A DNA stretch of 42,149 nucleotides, from positions 89,222 to 131,370 of the forward strand of contig NW_014577089.1 in the NCBI RefSeq assembly GCF_000485595.1. The letters are read 5' to 3'. How positions within the stretch are numbered: the stretch's first letter is position 1; each line of letters begins with the position of its first letter. The position numbers and the translations under genes were made by a program. Origin of the DNA: Priapulus caudatus (Eukaryota). The notes below the pieces were generated by a model. The model saw only the letters and a program-made list of their open reading frames with translations, did not search any database and was not told the origin of the DNA. Shown here piece by piece: positions 14,401 to 26,169 of this stretch.

Positions 14401-14568
14401 CATAGTGTGGTTAGAGCGGTGTGCACTATAGTGCGGTTAGAGCGGTGTGCACTATAGTACATGCCGTTAGAACAGTGCGCACTATAGTGCGGTTATAGCG
14501 GTGCGCACTATAGTGCGGTTAGAGCGGTGTGCACTATAGTATGGTTATAGCGGTACGGACTATAGTAT
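14401..14568. repeat. 26-bp minisatellite, about 6.5 copies, with a palindromic junction
   Basis: Unit ctatagtgcggttagagcggtgtgca. The tandem junction creates the palindrome gcactatagtgc. Confidence 0.9.
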
Positions 14569-16787
14569 GATTCTGCAGCAGTCTTCATGCCACACTTTAC
14601 TATTTTAAATGCACGTATCTTATTGTTTTGCTACAACCTATACCTCAGATATATATACCGTTATCTGTGTCATCCCAACTAATCGACAAATCACTATGGC
14701 AACCTATAAATCTCGTACCATCTCATACCTATTTCCTATTACTATCACCATTCTCTATTACCTCCATCCATCAACGCATTAGCATTTGCTACCTGAAATT
14801 CACCTCACGTCACCTGTCACCATTAAATCATTATCCCCAATGTATTACCATCGCTATTAGAAGAAATGAATCTCACAATTATATACCAGAAATCACTAGT
14901 CGATAATGGGAGTGTTGCTCCACACTAGATGATAAGCACTATAGGACGTATTTCCACGGGGCGAAATATGTCGCCGAATGATTTAATCGAAGTCGAAATC
15001 AATGTTAAGTTGGAGAAATATTGCAAGATTTCAGACAGCGGGGTCGTTTTTATACGAAGCGCACCGCATCGCTTCACACATGATCACAAATGTCAGCAGC
15101 TTACAGCATTGATTTACAGCTCTCCTATTGCATGTCTCTTAAACCCGCAAATCTGCTGCGTGGAAGGATTAGTGCCGATTGCTGGCTGCTGCATAGCCGT
15201 AGTTCTGACTCATGGCACGGCACCTTCTCTTACTTAATTCATTTCTCTGTTGAAAGCAATGTGGCGCACCTTTATTTCCCACCGAAATGATTCATTAAGC
15301 GTTCACACGCACAGCACGAGCATTCGCATGTGCGCGCACGCACGCCCGCAGGCACATGGCAAATACGCGCGCACATGCATGCGCGCACATAGGCACACTT
15401 GAGCACACACACTCTCTCTCTACACACACCTGCAGGCACGCACACGCAGGCACGCATACCTCTGCACGTATAGTCCTACTCTGAGTCAGTCATGGTTACA
15501 CTGCTAACAATATCAGGAAACCTGGAAATGTGGCACGGCACTTACATACGACCAGGGTCGCTGCACCTAGAACGGTCGGAACACCTAACCTTTACGCATC
15601 GGCACGCTTAAGAAAAAACATTGTTTTCACATTAACCATGGCGGATAAGTCACAGGCCTCCGGTCCAAACGTGAACGTGTCACGCAATTAGCCCCAACTA
15701 TGAAGGAATGACCCTTGACGCGTACCCACACCCAGACGATGACGTCACCATCAGCGAGGATGCGGTCACGCCCCCTGCCAGTCACCGAGTGAAGCTGTCA
15801 TGCATCGTGCGCGGGATGCCGTCAACCATTATGCAGGATGTGCTTGTCATCCATAATGCTGGCAGCATCATCCCTGCCGCGCTGCGCGCCGGCGTCGCGT
15901 GTCCATCATGAATGGCTTCCACGGAAGACGCAGTGTTCTCTGCGCGTCTTTGAGGCCCGGCCTGGTAATCAATCTCCGCTCGGGAGCGTGGCCCGTGAGT
16001 CAGGCCCGCGTGCAGCAGCAGCAGCAGCTATAGTATACCGTCGAGGCTGCACGGCAATTAGCTCTCGCACGCACGCGCGCGCGCACGCCTTCAACGCGGC
16101 GTGCGGATCGCTCGTAATTAAGCGAATATCTCGGCAGCAGCGGCAGCGGCATAACGCATGAATGAGGACTCATGCTCGGGAACTGTTTGATTGCTCTGGG
16201 GCCGAGCACGCCTATAATTGTTGCTCGGCGCACATGTCCCTCGGCCCCTGCGCGATAAGTAAATAAATAATCAGTTGCATCAGGCAAATAACTCGCTTGC
16301 ATGACGCGCTTTTGACAGAGAATTCTCTAAAGGAATCTCTCCGTGCGCGGCCGAGAAAGCGAGGAGCGACAAACGCATTAGCGCGCGCGCAGTCGCGCTA
16401 AACACGGCCACACGTTACACACACACGCGCACGCACGCACGCACGCACGCCCGCATGCTCACATCTCTCACTCCCACACTACCTGCAAAGAGGTGAGGCG
16501 GCGACCTCAGGCGCCGTGCTTTCAGTGTACGTAGTATGATTCATATTCGCCTACCACACTGCGTTCCCAGTCTTGGCTTCCCGCGACGCACAGAGGATGC
16601 TACTGGTCCACAATGAACGATTGCTCGTGGTCTTACGGTTTATTGGCAGGACTTCGCGGCGGCGCTGTCCGTTGACTGTTTATCATAGTCGTGATTGCGA
16701 CAATCCCAGCAGCATCGTGAGTGAATGCACTAGCTGATTAAACTCTCTGCGTGTGATTATTATGATCGCCACCGACAAAACACATAC

Positions 16788-16902
16788 GTAGTTGTCATTG
16801 TAGTAAAATATGTCGACCGATGTGTTAACTGGATTAAGAGGCGATGATGATTGGTCATTTACAAGTGGCTGCACCTTCTGTTTCGAATGTAATCTATCAT
16901 TG
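16788..16902 (-). CDS. Candidate internal exon (NDRLHSKQKVQPLVNDQSSSPLNPVNTSVDIFYYNDNY), product unknown
   Basis: Minus-strand acceptor ccttgtatcttccattatcag and donor TAC|gtatgt; 115 bp; only one of three frames is fully open. Confidence 0.3.
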
Positions 16903-17487
16903 CTGATAATGGAAGATACAAGGTGGGAAGGGGGAAATAGACATTATATTGTGTTTGACGGCGACAAATCTAAGAGCAAGACGGTCACAGAATAAACGTC
17001 GTCGCGATAAAAGGTAGAACGATCACTTGTTTTGCTCGATACTGCATGGCTACTTACGTATTTACGATTCTTGCAAGTAGCCACGTTACCTATATCCGTT
17101 TAATGGACGCAATAACGTTATTGCGTAATTTATCTGATCGTATTCTCTTTGGCACACTTAGATGTTCAAGTACAGCAGAGATCGGTTTTTCCGCCTTACA
17201 TGGTAATAAGTATTATCCCATAAAAATAAGCAAGACCAGCTTACTAACCGTCGGACACTATAAAAACAACCAATAAACCCATAAATAGTATCCATGAGAA
17301 GCGAGTGAACAGGCGACGGAAGACATTCGGGCGTTCTTTTGATACTGGGTCGCCATTAGCGGCCGCTGTTGTGACGTGTGACCTTGCACGCAAAAGCACT
17401 TTCCCGCTAAATGAGTTTATAACCCTTTCACCTCAGTGGGGTTGCCATGCCGATACGCTCCCTTACTCCGATATCTTCCCCCTGCCA

Positions 17488-17592
17488 CACGCACATTCAT
17501 ACACACCCATACACACATGCGCGCGCACGCACGCACGCACACGCACGCACGCACACGCACGCACGCACGCACGCACACACACGCACACACAT
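17488..17592. repeat. (CACG/CA)n microsatellite
   Basis: gcgcgcacgcacgcacgcacacgcacgcacgcacacgc... Confidence 0.85.
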
Positions 17593-17724
17593 CTAGAGCT
17601 TGTTAAACGCCACCGCCGTGGGCGGAAGCAGCGCTAGCGCACGCCGAGCTTGCCGTATAGAATACGATAACAGGGGTAACGTGTTTAATGGTGCAATCGA
17701 ATCGCCAGCGATTGTTTTGATTAC

Positions 17725-17869
17725 CCATTGGATAATATTCGGCTCGGGAGGAAGGAGTTATTTCTGTACGAGATAAGCGCCATGGGGGAATTCTTCACGC
17801 TGACAGACGCGTCCAGCCTCCGAGGCTTCACACTCATCATACGTGTTTTCCGTCTTGTTGATTTTTTTG
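17725..17869 (-). CDS. Candidate internal exon (KKSTRRKTRMMSVKPRRLDASVSVKNSPMALISYRNNSFLPSRILSNG), product unknown
   Basis: Minus-strand acceptor aattctatgtgctgccatag and donor AATGG|gtaatc. The phase-2 end joins candidate exon 16788-16902 in frame. Lies inside ORF 17721..17963. Confidence 0.25.
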
Positions 17870-19863
17870 CTATGGCAGCACATAGAATTACGATAGGGGC
17901 ATGTCTCATTTGTGCAAACTGTGTTTTTTCAGCTTCACAGTGAAATGGCGGAGGCGCACGCACGATATTGTTAAGAAACGTTCATCATCGGCATATGGAT
18001 TTACGTCTAGGCACGCGAGCGAGGGCGCGTTTGTGAATCAGCGTGTGTAGATTGGTTAAAGACGTTTGTCATGTAGAAGAAAAGTATAATATCAATATTT
18101 TGCGTTGAGTGACGAAAGACGGGCGAAGAGGGAGAAAGAGAGGCCCCATGGTTGCTGTGTTAGAATCATACACACAGGAATGCGAGACTAATCGAACGGT
18201 CCAAGCACTTCAACGTGATTACTTTAACTATTGAAAATTATATTAACTCAACATGATTACACTTAATATGATGATTAAGACGAATGACTAAATCGAGGCA
18301 GTCATGAGAAAACCACGTCCTTTGTCTCCGGCCTCAGCGCAGCGCAGGGGGGGGGGAGGGGAGGGGGTAGCAGCAACTGAATGTCGTATTTAAAAAAAAC
18401 ACCAATCATACAAACGGAACCCCTTATACAGTAAGTGCAAACGTAATTGTCAGTCATGCACGTGTTTCCAGTGTATGTGACATGCTGAAATTCTATTTTA
18501 CAGTCTCGGTGGCAATTGGTCACGTGGGGATTGTAAAAACCTAAAGAACCCTTTGATGCCTACAGAACTATACCTAAACCCATGCTAACAACTAGGGCTA
18601 GTAGGCCCGCAGGGGCAGGCTCATGTGTGGCGCTCCACTACCCCATACCCTGCTGCGGAAAATGAACCTGCATTTAATCCAATATCGCAATAATTGTTTT
18701 GCACATAAATTCGGTTAGCCGCTGCATGACATCACCGCCGTGCCGAGGCATGCGGCCCCAGCATCTTCGCAATTACGTGTCGCTATTCGATACAAAAGCA
18801 ATTGTTTCTACCCGATTCGGAGGCGCGCGCGCGCACACGAGTGAATTCACACAGAGGAGGGCCTACGTTCGTATAGCAGTGGCGCCGCGCACCCCGTCGT
18901 CGCTCGTCCCCACTCTTCTCTGCAACCGCGCGCCCTTCCGCGCCCTCCGTCGATCCTACATACACATCAACAGTACATAATAGAGATGTATTATGTACTC
19001 TTACTATTATCTATTATGTACTCTTGATATACATGGAGGATTTTCTCCGTCCCTACCCCCCCCCCCACACCCACGAGAAGCCTTCACAGCGCCCTCCTCC
19101 TCATCCCCCTCCCTCACACGCGCTCCCTCCTCCGCGTTGACAATCTGTGACTGCGGCCGACCGTGGCGTGATGGCATGCCGCGCTGACTCACCGTCGGCT
19201 CAACTAAATGCATCATATTACATGTATATATCTTCCTATCAGGCCACTGCAGAACGGAGCGGCATTGTTACGCTCGGCGCTGTCCCGTCCTATTATCTGC
19301 ACCCCCCACCGGCTGCGAGGAAAAAATGCGAGGAGGGAAATGATAATCTCGAACTATCTCTCTGTGGGATTATGATAGACACTGGAGTTTGTTTGCTCGG
19401 CCGCACAATAATTCCGCTCGGCAATAAACTGCCAGAAGCTACGCACACGTCGCAACACGACGACTCGGAAACAGAGCAGAAAGAGGAGCGGGAAGAAGGG
19501 GTGTGCTGAAATGAATCAGGAGGGCCCGGCTTCCTTTCGAGCGCGCAAATGAAGTCATTTGCATTATCGAGGCTGTGACGCATTACGCCGCGAACGCGAC
19601 CGCGAACAAACACGAGCATTTCCGCCGCCGTACGGCCGACACGCGGAGGGAGACAATAGCTTATCAATGCGACAAACCAGAACATTCGGTACCCACGCAC
19701 CAGCGCAGGCGATCGTGTGGAGGAAGGAAGACCCGTCAAATTGCAAACATGGTGGAAACGGATTAGCATTTCTGCGCGCCCCTCGTAGTGGTTGATGTCA
19801 TTTGCGGATGTAAGACCCGTAGCTAATAATGACGCGTTCAGCGAAAGAAGTGAAGATAATCAT

Positions 19864-20157
19864 CAACATGTTCGGCTAGCATCTATGACAAATACGACAT
19901 ACGCATATACGCTCTCCTATGACACTATTTGTCATAGGAAGATACTTCCTATGACAAATATTGTTGTATGTGTTGTGCGCATCATAGGAGTTTAGGAGCG
20001 CTATTATGAACGCAAGCAGTGAATTTCAGCTGTATAGAGCGGACCGAAGTTTTGCCAATATTTGCCATATAGGAAGAATCTTCCTACGACAAATAGTGTC
20101 ATAGGAGAGCGTATATTCGTATGCCGTATTTGTCATAGATGCAAGCAGAACATGTTG
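19864..20157 (-). mobile_element. Foldback MITE copy 2, reverse orientation, symmetric CAACATGTT ends, no TSD
   Basis: Same TIRs and CTATGACA motifs as copies 1 and 3. The spacer (ataggagtttaggagcgctattatgaacgcaagcagtgaatttcagc) is the reverse complement of theirs. The flanks taatcat and cgagtac do not match. Confidence 0.88.
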
Positions 20158-22134
20158 CGAGTACGCACACGCACTTGTTCGCACGCACGCAGTCACGCAC
20201 AAACACACGCGGGTATATTCATGGGGGGAGTGCGTATTTTCTACACGACATTTCATCAGTGATCATGCAGCGTCTCTCCTCACACACGAGCCTACGCGCC
20301 TGTGTGCGCAAACACAGTGATATCACCACCACGACCGAGGACAGAGCCAAGTAAACGACTGTTGTTAAGACCACTTTCGGAGAAAAGGGCTGAAAATACT
20401 AAAGCCTGATGCAAACACGATCGAACATCAAAGGCCATTAAGCGCAATGTCACTCTGCCAAATAACCGAACGCAGCCGCGCCGACGAGCAGTGTACGCAT
20501 CAATGGCGCTAGCGTGGTGGTGGTGGGGGGGGACAACGTGGATGCTGCGTGCTCATCGAGGATGAATGAAGCCAGGCGGCCGAGTGACCGCGAGCCAGAT
20601 AAAGATATGCATTAAACCCATGCATAGCTGCGCAGAAACAACAATCGGGCGAGTTTTTTCGCCAAACAAAGACGAGAGCGCAATACGCGCGCGCAAAAAA
20701 AACCGCGCATGACGACGCGTTGCTATATCAACAGCGCAGGAACGCAATCGCCTCGTTCTCTGGCCACGCTCAAGTGAAGCACTCAGAGGTGGCATCTACG
20801 AGCGTCGACTCTGACTCATTAGCCCAATTTGAATAGTGTGCAGCAATCTGCATTCCAATGTTTGACGCGAGTCCCGCGGGGCACGCGGGACAAAGCGCGC
20901 GCGGGCCCCCAGAGACGAGACGAAACGTCACCGAGGAAAGAGCCAACAGATGGAGATACACGCCGTGGCGAACAAGATATCTCTTCTGAGTGGCAAAACA
21001 CACGAAGGAAACTAATTGTTAGATGGGTAACGCAGATAGATATTAAACCGGCAGTGTATTAGGGTCGCCAACAAAAGCACGAAAAACGAATAACCGGGCA
21101 GATCCGCGACCCAGCAATATCTCGGTGCGAAGTGCCAATTATACTAGAGATGTAGCGGCTCCAATATTAGTCTAGCGCACAATATAAGGACGAGCCAACG
21201 CCACCAATCAGCACGCTTCAAAGGAAAAACATACGGCAAAGACAACAGAGACGTGCCAATATGATCTTTGGTACGTCATATTGCAATAATAACACAGTGA
21301 CGGTGCGAGGACGCCACAAAAGGGAAAACATCATTATTAGGGTTATACGATCGAGCGCACACACGCGCGAGCGCGCCACAACAAGTATAAGCGGATCAGA
21401 GACCGCTAGCACATTCAGAAACTATAGACAGCGAACTGTACAGTGGAGTATACATCCTTGTACATATTTCATGTAGAATGACACGGCGCTCACTAAATAC
21501 GCTGTCGTTCCTTACGAAACTCATGCTGGTGGTATTGATGAATCGGGCATACAATTCCACCGACTTTTCTTGCATGGCTTTAGTCACACGAATCACACCA
21601 TGCATATACGTGCAGCACGGAATGTTTGCCAGTACCTGCAACTGTAAAGATCAACCCGGCCTACTTTCACATTTAATTACAGCAGAAACAAGAAATAAAA
21701 GCAGCGGGAATCGATAACAAGCGCTTAATTAACCGCCGCATTTTCCCGCGAACCTAGATTCGAACGACTGCATAGAAGCATTCAGCGAGAATAAGTCGTT
21801 GCAGGGCAGCAGCTATAATACACTCACACGATCACAGCAGGTATACCGGTGTGCAGCAGCCGACCGGAGAACTCCGCCCGGGCCTCCCAACCTTCATCAT
21901 CTACGGTACGCGCTCTCGTTGCGACGCCTTAAACTCATAACTCTCACCATAACTCATTCACTCACTCACTCACCATTAACACTCACTCATTAACTCATAA
22001 ACTCATCTCACCACACAGCTTCACACTTACAGCGACACAGCTGCCGTGCATACCGACGTTCCCCACCACCTTCACGCCCGTGTGTTTGCGCCTAATGGTG
22101 TACAGCCGCCGCCGCCGGCGCCGCCGACGACGAC

Positions 22135-22348
22135 GACGACGACGACGCCGTGACTGCGGCACGTTTAACCTGCGCGTGTTCTAACCAGGCGGCGCGCGAC
22201 CCGACGACGACGACGCCGTGACTGCGGCACGTTTAACCTGCGCGTGTTCTAACCAGGCGGCGCGCGACCCGACGACGACGACGCCGTGACTGCGGCACGT
22301 TTAACCTGCGCGTGTTCTAACCAGGCGGCGCGCGCGACCCGACGACGA
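22135..22348. repeat. 68-bp tandem repeat, 3 essentially identical copies, embedded in (GAC)n
   Basis: gccgtgactgcggcacgtttaacctgcgcgtgttctaaccaggcggcgcgcg starts at 22147, 22215 and 22283. Confidence 0.92.
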
Positions 22349-22899
22349 CACACGACGGCACCGAGCAGCGACGACGCAGCGACGACGCAGCGCCCCGCAC
22401 ACTTCACGCACGTATCATATTCGTATCACGCACCCTCTACGTGCTAATGGCGTCCCGTTACCCCAGCAGCTATTCAGTGTTTACCGCGCGCGCGCGTTTT
22501 ACGGCCACTGCTGTCGCACGCAAAGCGCTCGCATTAGCGCCACGACGCGCCTCTACGCGCTTCTACGCGCGCGCGCGTGTCGTAAACCAATTACTAGCGC
22601 CCGAACATTATGCATATATCGCGGCACGGCTATTCACGCGCGGGTTTATGCATGCAACGCCCTAGTTGACTGGAGCGCGCGGGGGGGGGATGCCAGGATG
22701 GCTTCAGCGAACAGGCCGCGGTAAGGCCTATTGTGTGAGCTGAAACTGCGCACGCGAGCAGGCGGACGGGCGGGCAGGCCGGCGGGCGGGCGGGAGTTCA
22801 GGCGGGCGCAGCATTATCAGCGGCAAGCAGGGTGTTGGGCTTCCTGCGGGCCGGATGACGGAGCACGGGGAATCAGAGCCTGACTGACGACTGTGTAGC

Positions 22900-23400
22900 A
22901 GGAGAGGGTCGCGAGAGGGAGACAATGAGATATATATAGAGAGAGAAAGATAGAGAGAAAGTAAGAGAGAGAGAGAAATATAAAAAGAGAGAGAGAGAGA
23001 GAAATATAGAAAGAGAGAAAGAGAGACCGAGAGAGAGAACGAAATATAGAAAGAGAGAAAGAGAGACCGAGAGAGAAAGAGAAAGAAAAAGAGAGACCGA
23101 GAGAGAAAGAGAAAGAAAAAGAGAGAAAATGAGAGCGAGCGCGTGCGAGAGAGAAGAGCAAGGGCGTGAGGCAGAACGAGAAAGAGAAAGAAAGCGAGAG
23201 AAAGCAAGAGATATACAATGGAAAAGCGCGCTCGAGAAAGAACGGGAAAAGAGTATGAAAGTGCGAGAATGAGACAGCGAAACACTCACGTCGACAGAGA
23301 CTGAGATAGACGGACAGACAGACAGACAGACAGACGGAGAGAATGAGCGAGCGAGCGAGCAAGCGAGCCGGGGGAGAGCGAGAGAGCGGTAGAGAGAGAA
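22900..23400. repeat. Degenerate GA-rich low-complexity tract with about 30-40 bp internal repeats
   Basis: Repeated gaaatatagaaagagagaaagagagaccgagagaga and gagagaaagagaaagaaaaagagaga blocks, then (gaca)n and (gagc)n. Confidence 0.85.
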
Positions 23401-24994
23401 GGCATAAGCGGTAGAAAACGGTAAGTAATAGTAAGGTAGACGGTAGAAATCGAGATTCGTAAATATCCCAACAGGCGCAGGACGGCGCGCGTGCATGCAA
23501 GCACGACGGCGCAGCAGCGCGTGATGAGGACATCCCGCCGCCCTGTATATGTTCCGTTTGTGTGTACTACTCAGTCAAACGCGGAAGCCCGATAATCCAT
23601 TATAAATAACAGCGTCGTTACAGTCAGAGGGGGGCCAGCACACACCACGTCCCATATGTTTCCTCCTGCACAGCTGCTGGTGGCTCTCACTCATGGGGTA
23701 AAAATGTGCAACATCCATAGCAAACAGGCCCTCGGTTTGTTGCCGTACACACTCGTTGTCGCTGTTGCAGCGTACGGGGCTTTTTCACTTGAACTTTTGC
23801 CAGTTTCAGGTTTTTCGGAGGAAACGAAACAGTTACGTGTTAGCGTACTACCGATGCACGGCGCTTTTTTTGGTATCGAATTCCACCAAAAACTTGCAGT
23901 AATACCATTGACAGAAATCCAGGAAATGCGGAAGTACTCTGATTTCAAAGCATTCGTGCTTGCGGAACTATTAACGAGAAAAAGTCGACCATGCGTGTAT
24001 TGTAACTCGTGTTACCCATACACTATAGTGCATTTGATGTTTCCAAGCATAGTACCATATAGAAGCACACATCTTCGACTTTAGATTTGTCTTTCAGCAT
24101 ATTATTTCATCAGTCTTAACCGTTAAGCCTTCGTCAGCAATCTTCCGTTATAAACACATGTCCTTTCCAACTAGAAACATGCATTTTGAATGAACACTTC
24201 AAGTAGGATTGACTTCTGATCATGTCCTGAGGGTCCCGTGAATAATGAGGCACGAGTCGGCAGGCATATTTAAGCTTTGAAGTCAGTAAGTCAAGCCAAG
24301 TGCCATGGATTGAATTCATGTAATTAGATCACATTCAATTTATCAAAAGCACATGATAAATATTGGTAATAAACTAACCGAAATTATATGTACCCAAGAT
24401 GACGTAACATTGCGATGAGCGACGAGAGATAAAGCACGCCGTCATTTCAAAAACAAACAGCACATTATTTTGTGATTAATTAGAACAGCACACGTGCCAC
24501 GTATCTTATCATCCACCGCCATCCCGTTAAACACAATAAAAACAAAACTCAACTTATCGAAAAACCCAACAAGCAACAAAGAAATGTTTTGTAATGCGCG
24601 ACAAAAACTCGAAGAGTTAAAAAGTGGCGAGCTTGTTAATATCGATCAGCGAAGCTCGTCTACTGTGTACTAGTTGTGCGACTGAACCTCGTAATACAAT
24701 GACAGCCAATTACTTCCGAAACAATACGCCAGATGAGCGGTATTAGCATACTGTTTAATTAGGCAAACGAAATTACGCAGGTTAACGAAATAAAGGATCG
24801 CCATGCGAGAAAAACGCCCATTACAAGTAGAATAATCGCAATACACAGCGTATATATGCATGCGTAAAATCCATAATGGGGAAAAAGAATCGATTGAATC
24901 TTTCTAAAAGTGGTGCACGTCCAAAAAGCTCGCTGACAATCGATTAAAATTAAGATCAATGCCCCCGATGTGGGATGAAGGGGGGTTACCTTGA

Positions 24995-25282
24995 ATTCTA
25001 CCGCATATTCAGCTAGGTATAGTAACAGCTATAGCGATATCTAGTTATAGCTACCGCACCCTCATAATGTTTCTACCGCGTCTCCCTTTAGGTACTGGTA
25101 GTAACAGCTATAGCAGTATCTGGTTACCTACTGCACCCTTACAATGTTTCTACTGAATTATCAGGTAGTGACAGCTATAGAAATATTTAGATACCTACTG
25201 AATATAACTCTCACAATGTTTCTGCCGAGTTCTACCCTTTAGCTAGTGACAGCTATAACAGATCTAGTTATCTACTACCCCA
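24995..25282. repeat. Diverged tandem repeat, 4 units of about 67-79 bp
   Basis: The core agt(a/g)acagctata recurs at about 25021, 25100, 25167 and 25245; aatgtttct follows in the first three units. Confidence 0.75.
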
Positions 25283-26070
25283 TCCCTGTGATTGGCTATA
25301 CGCTCACATGAACAGCACACGCTGGAGTAAGTAATTCGGCTAGGTTACACTTACGAATAAAGGCATGATCTTTCCTTCAGTACATAAACACAGCTCTCAG
25401 TCGGCTGCGCGTGTATAGGGAGGAAGGGATTCTCGCCGCATCCATCCGCTGGTGTTCGCGCAGCATCACCGACGTCCGTCGCGCGGCAGGCGACACCACA
25501 TCCTCCGCAGCAGCCCAGCCGCGATCTGCGGGTTTTCACGATAACAAACGGTCGCTAACGGTGATTGTCTCCGCCCGCTCTTCCCGACTGCGTGCGAGGT
25601 GAACGTGACCCAGTAAGAGGCGCGCTGCCGACAGTCGACGGGTAGAAGATTCGCGTGCACCAAGCAGGCGTGTTGTCGTCGTCCCCCTGGGAGACTGCGA
25701 CGTGGCGGTCAGCGCGGAAACTCAACACGCCGACCTGTCAATTATCTATCGCTGCGGACCCCGCGAAGCCACGCCAACACAAACACACAAATAACACTGA
25801 TAAACACGACGGATGACGTGGTGGCGGGGGGGAGGGAGCGGATCGACACGGCCGACACCGGCTCAGCAGGCCGGCAGAACACGTGTCACTATCTGCGCGA
25901 TCCAACCACTGCTACGGCGCGCGCGCGAGCGCGTGAATAGACGGCTTAGATGAGTCAGGAGTGAATCAGAATAGCTGCGTGTGTGACGCGAGCACGCGAG
26001 CAACTGAAGCCAGCCAGCGCTGCGTGCTCGCGTCGCACGGGCGCGCGCGGGCAGCAGCGCTGCGTGCGGC

Positions 26071-26072
<2 letters not shown>

Positions 26073-26118
<46 letters not shown>

Positions 26119-26169
26119 CATCAGCAGCAGCAGCAGCAGCAGTAGTAGTAGCAGCAGCAGCAGCAGCAG
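26073..26169. repeat. (CAG)n microsatellite interrupted by (TAG)n
   Basis: gcagcagcag...cagtagtagtagtagtagcatcagcag...; the interrupts put stop codons in the poly-Q frame. Confidence 0.9.

Noticed and set aside
21396..21650. Protein-like frames on both strands, including YAWCDSC (thioredoxin-like) and CKKSRWNC (Wnt-like) fragments
   Set aside because: Each motif is interrupted by nearby stop codons and the strands give conflicting readings; treated as chance.
23656..24084. 142-aa plus-strand ORF and overlapping minus-strand ORF
   Set aside because: No recognisable domain, and no frame with both a convincing acceptor and donor.
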